Assembly: GCA_043228905.1 (NCBI GenBank)
Contig: JBHGNT010000033.1
Location: forward strand, 62,001-126,000
Direction: 5' to 3'
DNA length: 64,000 bases
DNA from: Azolla caroliniana
Taxonomy: Eukaryota > Plantae > Polypodiophyta
Numbering within the stretch: the first letter of the stretch is position 1; each line of letters opens with the position of its first letter. Made by a program: the position numbers and the translations under genes. The notes under the pieces were generated by a model. The model saw only the letters and a program-made list of their open reading frames with translations. It did no database searches and was not told where the DNA came from. Below are positions 1-8,700 of this stretch, piece after piece.

Positions 1-1160
1 GGCATTGGAAAAACATTGCATGCATACTAAATTAAGTGTCAATAGCTCTAAAACAAAGATTATGCTTATGAAGAGCCAAAATAGAGATAAACCATACATT
101 ATGTACAACAATGAGTCACTTGATTGTGTGGAAAGCTTCAAATATCTTGGCCTTGAAGTTCCTTCAAATCATAGATAGAATAAATGTGTTACACACCGCT
201 TAGAAGCGGGTAAGCGAGCATACTATGCAATATTGGAGATATTAAGTGTTGGGTCCTCAAGAAATATCTTTTCAACACTTTGGTGACACTGGTTCTTCTC
301 TATGGGGTGGAAGTATGGAGCGGTAGCATCCCTAAATCTATGTGGAAAGAGGTTCTACAAAGTTAAGAAACAAACACCCTACACCCTCCTCCTCCTTGAG
401 ACGGAATCGCTTCCCATTCAAATCATGGCCATGGAAAGGGTTGTTGAATACATGCTTAAGGTTCAAAAAAGTCCCTCACATCGACTTCCTAGAATTGTAT
501 GGGAAGCAAGCAAAAAGATCCAAAAGACGCATAAAAGCAAAATTTTGTGTTCCGGTTGGATGCAAGATATAGAAAATTGGTTTGGTAGATGGGATGCGAG
601 ACACTTGCTTCATGATGCATCATTAGATTCCTCTGTAAATGAGGCCTTTTTGCAACGCCAATGTATCATGACATGGGACAAATGTGGAGGCTCGTGCTTC
701 ACACATTATACTACACATGTTGCACCTAACTACAAAACCATATTCTTTGCGGAACGGGGAAATCATACACATCGATACATGTTGGAGCCCATACCGTTAT
801 CTGCCATTCGAACCTTGGCTTCCATGCAACTTAGCTCACATGCATTGCGATGTGGGACATGGCATTGGGGCACAAGTGATGAGAGTGGTTGGCTATGCAC
901 ACTTTGCCCTAAACAAGTTCGTGAGTCTGAGTATCACACTTTGATACAATGCTCTACCTTTGATGATATTTGACCATGCTTTCCATATCTCTCCGATTGA
1001 GCCCAATCTTGCATGGATTCCTCTCACAACCACAATGTGCACTCTCAATTGTAACATTCATTGGTAAAGTTCTTGAACATCAAGAGTCACTACTCACTTT
1101 CACACGTATCACATGAAATGTAATATTTTTGGTCTGATGTCATATTTGACCTATGATAAT

Positions 1161-1192
<32 letters not shown>
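1..1192 (+). mobile_element. Degenerate non-LTR retrotransposon (LINE) 3' portion: RT C-terminus/thumb and C-terminal Cys/His region, ending in AATAAT plus (CT)n
   Basis: Frames read ...ESFKYLGLEV... (~130-160), LFNTLVTLVLLYGVEVW (~268-318), and ORF 302-973 ending in CTLC...ESEYHTLIQC, typical of LINE ORF2 C-termini. Stops and frameshifts present; (CT)n at ~1165-1192. Confidence 0.7.
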
Positions 1193-1195
<3 letters not shown>

Positions 1196-1252
1196 GGTGA
1201 AAACACACAACTATATTAATAAAACTATGTGAAAAACACTACTTACAATGGG

Positions 1253-1885
1253 TGTTACAATGAATTATAGTCACCTACTAACTACATTACATGGGTAGTG
1301 GATGTTAGCCATGGGACAAAAAGGCAAGAGGTGTGAAATGAATCGTATAAATGAAACAAGTAGGCGAGTGTGAAAAGGAGAATCGACCCAAGTGTGAAGA
1401 AAGTAGTTGAACGAAATACGTGCAACCGAGAATAGGGGCCGAAAATCAGAGGAGTGGTTGGAGCGCGCCGAGGGGACACAGAAGCTATATAAAGCGGGGT
1501 GCAACAACATAAGAGGGGGGGTAGAAGAGAGCAATATATCTATGTGTGATATAGAGGAGAAAAGGACCTATATGTATATCTGTTTTCTGTTATAAGAGAG
1601 AGAGTAATAGTAATGTCGGCGGGAAGTGGTGTAATCGATATATGTAATAATTCTATACTATAATACATACTTTTTTCGGGTCAATTTCCGGTGTCAATTC
1701 AATATCCATAATTACGTTGAGTTCTAGTCCTATTCATAAATCATAAGTCATAAGACTAGTTGTGATCGACCATTTCGTAGTTAATCGGCTTGTTCAACCC
1801 TAGTGTACCCTTCCTACGTAACCACGATTCCCTTGACCCGATTATTCAGGGAGTAATCGAAGGTGTATCTCCGAGAGAGGAGACA
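1253..1885 (+). mobile_element. Possible solo LTR
   Basis: TG(TTAC) start, AGACA end, TATA (CTATATAAAG ~1485) and LTR-like composition. Flanks ATGGG/ATAGT match only 3/5, so boundaries are uncertain. Confidence 0.3.
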
Positions 1886-2254
1886 ATAGTGGAACATGTT
1901 GAATTACCAATAGGCAAGATGAACATTCCACTGCGGAAAGAATTTCCACTACTCCACTAAAGAAAATCGTCACATTAGTACTCCCTTCAACTTTTGTAGA
2001 TATGCTTTCACTCCATGCCTACCATCAAATACAAAAGCATTACGCATATCCAAATTATAATGCAATCCCCAATATGTGAGAAATATGAAAATGATGTCCA
2101 TTTTTTATTTTGGGTGTCTAGGTGTCAAATAACACAATGATAAAACTTGCCAAATTGTAACTCCAAATCTAACAAGCAATAAGACATTGTATAAAACGAT
2201 TAGTACTATCTTCCATTTGAACAGTGCAAAAGACGTTAACTCTCTCTCTTTGTA

Positions 2255-2320
2255 ATTATCTTACCCTAGTGGTAAGTTGTTAACACTACAAGCACTACGT
2301 CTTGGGTTCGAAACCCAATT
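2255..2320 (+). mobile_element. tRNA-derived SINE-like head (Pol III A/B boxes)
   Basis: A-box-like TACCCTAGTGG (2262-2272) and B-box GGGTTCGAAACCC (2304-2316); no complete cloverleaf. Confidence 0.4.
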
Positions 2321-2379
2321 TTCTCATTTCTCTCTATATTATATACTTCATATATATCTCTTAATTCACTAGATGCCAC

Positions 2380-2454
2380 TGTGGAATGTAGGGATATAAC
2401 CCATCACCACATGGTCTCCATTGGGCAACCTTACCAACTGAGCTACATCCATCT

Positions 2455-2458
<4 letters not shown>
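2380..2458 (-). mobile_element. tRNA-derived SINE-like head (Pol III A/B boxes), adjacent to (CT)n
   Basis: Minus strand reads TAGCTCAGTTGGTAAG (A box, 2434-2445) then degenerate B box GGGTTATATCCC (2391-2402). Confidence 0.45.
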
Positions 2459-2490
<32 letters not shown>

Positions 2491-2922
2491 TGGATTACAT
2501 GGAGTAGTCCTAACTCATCTCGACTTGACCCAACTCACCTTGTCATTTTGACCCAAATCTTGGGATTCCTTTGTAGCATTCTGAGTTGTATATAATATAA
2601 GAAGCATTTGTCCCATGTTTTGTCTCCATTGTAGGCTCATTGTTTTTATTGAATCAAACCATAATTTAAGGGCCTAACACTTGTATTAGAGTGAGAAGTG
2701 TGATTTGAGCGAGAAAAATACCGAAGAAGGGGAGATTGGCAACACAAAGGGAAGCATTTCGGGAATGCTAAAATGACCAAGAGGAGAGCAAAGCTATTGA
2801 GTTGCCATGAACAAGATCAAGCCCAATGGAGATTTTGATAGTAGAATTGGTAGAAATCCTAAGGAATTTGATGAAGGAGCAACACTCCCCAAGGAGGTCT
2901 CTCCTTAGTGCATATGCCCATT

Positions 2923-3449
2923 ACGGGGGAGTGTCGAATAGGGTGTATAATGGTTGTATTCACATTGTCCCTTTGCACAAACTAGGTTTAGGACATTTAT
3001 GTAAATATGTCTAAGAGTAGTTGCCCTAGCCCATTCAGTGTCGAATAGGGTGTATAATGGTTGTATTCACACTGTTCCTTTGGGAAAACTAGGTTTAGGA
3101 CATTTATGTAAATATGTCTAAGGGTAGTTGCCCTAGCCCAACATTTATATGTACGAATAGGGTGTATAATGGTTGTATTCACAATGTTCCTTTGGGAAAA
3201 CTAGGTTTAGGACATTTATGAAAATATGTCTAAGGGTAGTTGCCCTAGCCCAACATTTATATGTAAATATATAACTGGCTTTGTAACCTAGTTGAATGTT
3301 GTTGACATTTTTCAATAATAAATTTGTATTTTGTGCTTCTTTGTCTCTCTCACACTTTGTTTATTGATCTTGCTCTCTGTTCATTTTGTTGTGCTTCAAC
3401 AAAGGTGTTGTTCCTTGTTTTGACATATTGACGATCTTAGTCTCCAACA
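2923..3449 (+). mobile_element. PPT plus 3' LTR of an LTR retrotransposon, with triplicated LTR 5' end
   Basis: PPT ACGGGGGAG immediately before TGTCGAAT (2932); probable end TCTCCAACA (3449), after which copia RT sequence begins. Confidence 0.55.
2932..3262 (+). repeat. Three tandem copies of a ~107-111 bp unit (LTR start)
   Basis: Units begin at 2932, 3039 and ~3150 (CGAATAGGGTGTATAATGGTTGTATTCAC...GCCCTAGCCCA). Confidence 0.9.
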
Positions 3450-3683
3450 TCCTTAGCCAATTCATACACCTCGCGACATCCATCTAGATTGTGCCAAGCA
3501 AGTGCTAAGGTATGTAAGTGGTACTATGAATTGTGTCACGAACATGACAACAGTCATGGCAAGATTCGAACTCTTGACCACTTGTTCATATTATAGTCAA
3601 TTGTTATGTTCTAACCAACGCATCCAAATACATGGTCATGTTATAAAAATCTTAGTAGGTTATAAGTAGATTATCTATTCCAA

Positions 3684-3750
3684 GTTCTAGGAGACTTTAG
3701 AAAGTTCTAGAGGGTTCTAGAATATTATCCAGAATATTCTCTGGAATATT
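3684..3750. promoter_or_regulatory. Heat-shock element array (nGAAn/nTTCn) in U3 of element N 5' LTR
   Basis: aGAAagTTCtaGAGggTTCtaGAAta...aGAAtaTTCt, ~25-90 bp upstream of TATAAATA (3776). Confidence 0.65.
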
Positions 3751-3988
3751 TTAATGCATGTGCTTCAACTCACAGTATAAATACTTGTAACCTCCTCGGT
3801 CCCTTTCAAGGGATTCAACACCAGTCATTGACACATCAATCTAGTATTCTCGTTTCGCCCCATCTTGTCTCCTTGATCTTTGTCTTTGTCTTTATGCTCT
3901 TGTGTCGTTCCCATCTTCTTAAGTTCCACGCTCTTAGCCCCATCATCTGTGCTCTATTCGAGTCCACGGTTGGTGTGTCCATGACAGT

Positions 3989-3999
3989 TTGAATCCCTT
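3989..3999 (+). other. Self-priming-type primer binding site (TTGAATCCCTT) of element N
   Basis: Exact reverse complement of 3808-3818 (AAGGGATTCAA), which lies 32 nt downstream of the TATA box. It starts 2 nt after the LTR end; no TGG tRNA-type PBS is present. Confidence 0.8.
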
Positions 4000-4679
4000 C
4001 CAATTGGAAGCATCACCCGTCTTTGTCATCGCCCTTGCTTCTAGAGTTACCAATGGCACCATCCTTGTATCCAGAGTTACCTTCATCAACATCCTTGGTT
4101 TTAGAGATGCCATCCTCACCATAGTCACAATCGTTCCTCCTAGAGACGCTTCCTTATCATCGTCGTCTTCACTGCCTCGTCTTCGACATCATCAATTTTC
4201 AGCACCTCTTGTTGTCTTCATCAACGCTACTTCGACCAACCTTCATCCTCATAAACACTACTTTGCATGGTCTTTCATTATCGTCATTGTTCCACCCTCT
4301 TCATTACCATCGTCATCATCTATAGGTATCATTTTGCATCACGATTTTGGCGAGGATTGATTTCAATCACTCACCTTCACAATTCTAATGGGGGTTACAA
4401 CTGCTCACTTTCCAGGTGGGGATCAAATCATTGCTCGCTTGCACTCCATTTTCATTTTGGTCCATATTTCACTCCACTTTCTTTTGATGAGGATCGATTT
4501 CGATCACTCACCTTCTAGTTCTGGTGGGGGTCACAACTGCTCACTTTCCTGGTAGGGATCGCGTCAGTTTCTCGCTAGTGCTACCATTTGTGTTGTGTTT
4601 TGGGTCAACCTCGACTATTTACCCTCTCATGGTAGAAGACGTCGAGTCGACCACTTCACCTGCTCTCCTTCGCCCATTG

Positions 4680-4979
4680 TTCTAGTTCCCTGTGAGGACC
4701 TCACATGGTCGCTCACGCCCGTTCATGTTCCAATTCCAATTCCCAGTGAGGACCGCATATGGTTGCTCACATTCCAGTTCCTTGTGAGAGCCACACATGG
4801 TCGCTCACATTCCAGTTCCTTGTGAGGGCCACACATGGTCGCTCACGCATGTTCGTGTTCCAGTTATCAGTGAGAACTGCACATGGTCTCTCACTCTCGT
4901 TCGTGCTTCTAATTCCCATTGAGGACCACATGATTGCTCATGCCTGTTCATGTTCCCGATGAGGACTGCACATGGTCAT
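4680..4979 (+). repeat. Degenerate ~30-50 bp minisatellite (GAGGACCACATGGTCGCTCAC core) in element N internal region
   Basis: About 7 tandem variants; a second block lies at ~16335-16560. Confidence 0.8.
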
Positions 4980-5774
4980 TGTAGGAAGACAGGTCCCTCC
5001 GGATGGGAAGGGAGAAGAACAATGCCGAATGAGGAGAACCCGACTTCGGAGAGTCGGATGGTGTAGGCCCGGTATGAACCGGATGAGGAGTACCCGACTG
5101 CTGAGAGTCGGATGGTGCAGGCCCCGACTTCGGAGAGTCGGATGGTGCAAGCCCGGTATGAACCGGATGAGGAGTACCCGACTGCTGAGAGCCGGATGGA
5201 GCCCATCGAGGCTACATTTGTAAATAGCCAAAAAGTCATATTGGTATAAATATGATTTAGGGCAAACTTTTTGTTGTAATTCTTTCTTGTTGGTGCAAGA
5301 AGAAATCTGTGCGCGTAACTGTATAGAGAGACAGAGAGAGAGAGAGAGACACGAGGTCGTTGCCTCTGTTGTAACCGCCGTCTGTGGCGAAGATCTGAGA
5401 GCACGAGGTCGTTGCCTCGGTGATCTCACTGTTGTATATTTCTTCGTAGTGACAGTTTGCAGCTTGTGGGCTGCCGTGGTTTTTTCCCCTAGTTTGGGGT
5501 TTTCCACGTATACCTCCTGTGTACCATTTTTCCTCTTTTGTGTCGCGTTTTCATTACCTGTTTTTTCTGTGTATGTAAATAATCTCGGTTGTGGCCGAGC
5601 GTTGGACATAAGGAACCTCGAGTTCTCAACAAGTGGTATCAGAGCGAAATCGACACAGAAAATGGACGAATCGTTTGGCGGCATGTTCAAGCTCACCGGC
5701 TCCAACTATTCAGTGTGGAAGTCGAAGATGAGGGACATGCTCGTGGTAAAAGACCTCTGGCTGCCGGTTCAGTT

Positions 5775-8700
5775 TGTTGGGATTTCGGTCCCTCCGGATG
5801 GGATGTCCGGAGATGAATGACGGCAAGCCCGGAGGCTGTTACGGAACCGTATGATGAAGAGTACCCGGCATGAAGCCGGATGAAGAGTACCCGGTTACGG
5901 AGTCGGATGCTGAAGACCCCGGTTACGGAGCCGGATGACGTATGTACCCGGAGAGAGATCCGGATGCGGGGACATATCTGTGAATATGTTTGCTAAGGGC
6001 CCTTGAGGCTATATTTGTAAATAGCTCGAAAGTCATATGTGTATAAATATGACTTAGGGCAAACAGTTTTTGTTGTTGCTCATTTCCACTAAGAGGGAGC
6101 GAAGTGAGAGCAGCCGAGAGAGAGTGAGAGAGAAAGAGGAAGGAAGAGGTCGACGCCTCTGTGTAATACCGCCGCCTGTGGCGAGGACAGCGAGCTCAAG
6201 GTCGTCGCCTTGCAGCTCGCCATTGTACATTCCCGCGTATAGTGATAGTTGGAGTCTTGCACTCCCGTGGTTTTTCCCATTTAGGGTTTTCCACGTAAAA
6301 CATCCAGTGTACCCTTCTCTCTATTGTTTTTCGTGCATTATTGTATTTCCCATTTTCTGTGAATCGATCCTGTTCCTCGGTTGTGGCCGAGCACGGAATT
6401 TCGACAAAGTGGTATCAGAGCGACGGTAACACAGAAAATGGAAGGCGGCAGCAGCGGGCAGCCGGGGATGATGGTGCTGAATGCGCAGAACTACGCCGAC
6501 TGGAAGATAAAGATGGAGGATCTGCTCATTGTTCGGGACCTGTATGAACCGATCGACAGGTCGGAAATACCCAAGGGGGTACTTGAGACGGAGTGGAGGC
6601 TTCTGAACCGGAAAGCCGTTGCAACCATTCGGCAATACGTCGACGTGAGCGTTCTACAACACGTGGCGAACGACACCAACGCATATGAGATGTGGAGGAA
6701 GCTGTCGGGCCTCTACGAGAGGAAGAATGCGTTGAACCGGACCTCCCTGATGAGAAAGATAGTGAACCTCAAGTACCGGGACGACGAGAGTATGGTGGAA
6801 CACGTAAGCACGTTCATGGGATTCGTGAACCAGCTTGCGGCGATCAAGTTCCCGTTGGAGGATGCAATGCAAGCCATCATCCTGATGTGTACATTGCCGG
6901 ACAGCTGGGAGAACTTGGTGGTGACTCTCAGCACCTCCTGCACCGAAGATAACTTGTCCCTACAAACGGTAAAGACAAGTATTTTGAACGAAGAAGCGCG
7001 TCGGAGAGATAAAGAACCGGTCTCCGACTCGAAGGCGCTGCTTACCGAATCGGAACGGGGAAGACAATGGAACCGGAGTCCGCAAAGACGGGAGAAGTCG
7101 GGGACCCGGTCGCAGTCAAGAGGAAGACCCACATGCTTCCACTGTGGGAAGCCGGGGCACTTCCGGAAGAATTGTCGGCATTACCGAAAAGACAACGGAG
7201 CCGACGACACCGATTCGAAGAAGTCACCGGACAGAAACGGTGCATACCGGGGAGCCACGGACCGGAGAGGTCCGGATCGGCGAGGGCAGGACCGGAAAGG
7301 AACGACGGCACTCGCGGCAAGTGAAGAGGAGATCATGCTCATCACCGAAGAAGGTGAACTAAACATTGCCGGCGATGAGACTACCTGGGTGGTCGATTCC
7401 GGAGAGTCGTTCCACCTGACCCCGGAAAGTAGATACTTCTCATCCTACACAGCCGGTGAACATGGCTGTGTTCGGATGGGAAATGAAGGTACGTGCCGGA
7501 TTGCCGGCATAGGAGACGTATGGTTGACAACCCCGACCGGATGCAAACTGCTGCTGAAGGATGTCCGACACGTTCCGGAGGTTCGATTGAACCTGATTTC
7601 GGCCGGGAGGCTAGACGATGAAGGCTACACAGGTAGCATCCGGAACGGCGTAATGAAGTTCAGCAAGGGAAGCCTGATAGTGGCTCGGGCCCGGAAAGTC
7701 AACACACTGTACCTTATGAATGCCTGGTTGTGTCCGGAAGAGCTGAATGTGGCAGCCGACACTGCCGGTGAGCTGTGGCACAAAAGACTGTGCCACATGA
7801 GTGAGAAGGGGATGAAGAGGCTTGCAGAAGACAATCTTATTCCAGTGAAGCATGTGCACCTGGAGAAGTGCACCGATTGCCTGGCCGGTAAGCAGAACCG
7901 AACCTCCTTCCACTCAAGGCCACCGACGAGACGTAGCGCACCATTGGAGTTGGTGCACACTGATGTGTGTCAGGTAGAAACGAAGTCACATGGCAGAGCC
8001 CAGTACTTCGTGACTTTCATTGATGATCACAGCCGGAAGCTGTGGACGGCACCGTTGAAGACAAAGGACCAAGTGTTATCCGTCTTCAAAGAACTCCACG
8101 CGAGAGTGGAAAGAGAATCCGGCAAGAAGCTGAAAGCGATACGAGCGGATAACGGAGGAGAATACCGGGGGCAGTTCGCGGAGTACTGTCACTCGAAGGG
8201 AATCCGGCTCGAGTTTACTGTGCCGAAGACGCCGGAACTGAACGGGCTGGCCGAGAGGATGAACCGGACCATAATGGAGAGGGTCCGGAGTATGCTAGCG
8301 CATGCGAAATTACCCAAGGGGTTTTGGGCTGAGGCGATGTCGACGGCGACATACGTGATAAATAGATCACCCTCAGTACCTTTGGACGGAGACACGCCGC
8401 AGAGAGTGTGGACCGGTAGGGAAGTATCCTACCGGCATCTGAAGGTGTTCGGGTGCCTCGCATATGTGCATGTGGCTAAGGACCGGAGAGGAAAGCTAGA
8501 TCCAAAGACCCGGCCATGCATATTCCTCGGTTACGGCGATGACGAGTTCGGCTACCGAGTATGGGACCCGGTCGACAAGAAGATATTCCGGAGTCGTGAT
8601 ATCATCTTCATGGAGAACAAGACACTTGCCGACTGGGAGTCGGAGAAGAAGATGAAGAGCTCCAGGTCGACCGGTGAGGATCAACTCTACGAGGAGCAGT

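Noticed and set aside
3987-3997. GTTTGAATCCC read as a tRNA B box or tRNA-derived PBS
   Set aside because: It is tRNA-sense rather than complementary to a tRNA 3' end; the exact match to the element's own predicted 5' end explains it better.
4680-4979. Repeat-spacer-like pattern resembling a CRISPR array (also 16335-16560)
   Set aside because: Intervening sequences are variants of one another, the context is a eukaryotic LTR element, and no cas genes are present.
4938-5820. Long ORFs over element A LTRs (4938-5705, 5287-5820, 14899-15747, 15425-16270)
   Set aside because: They cross insertion junctions, derive from GC-rich U3 repeats and (GA)n, and show no domain motifs.
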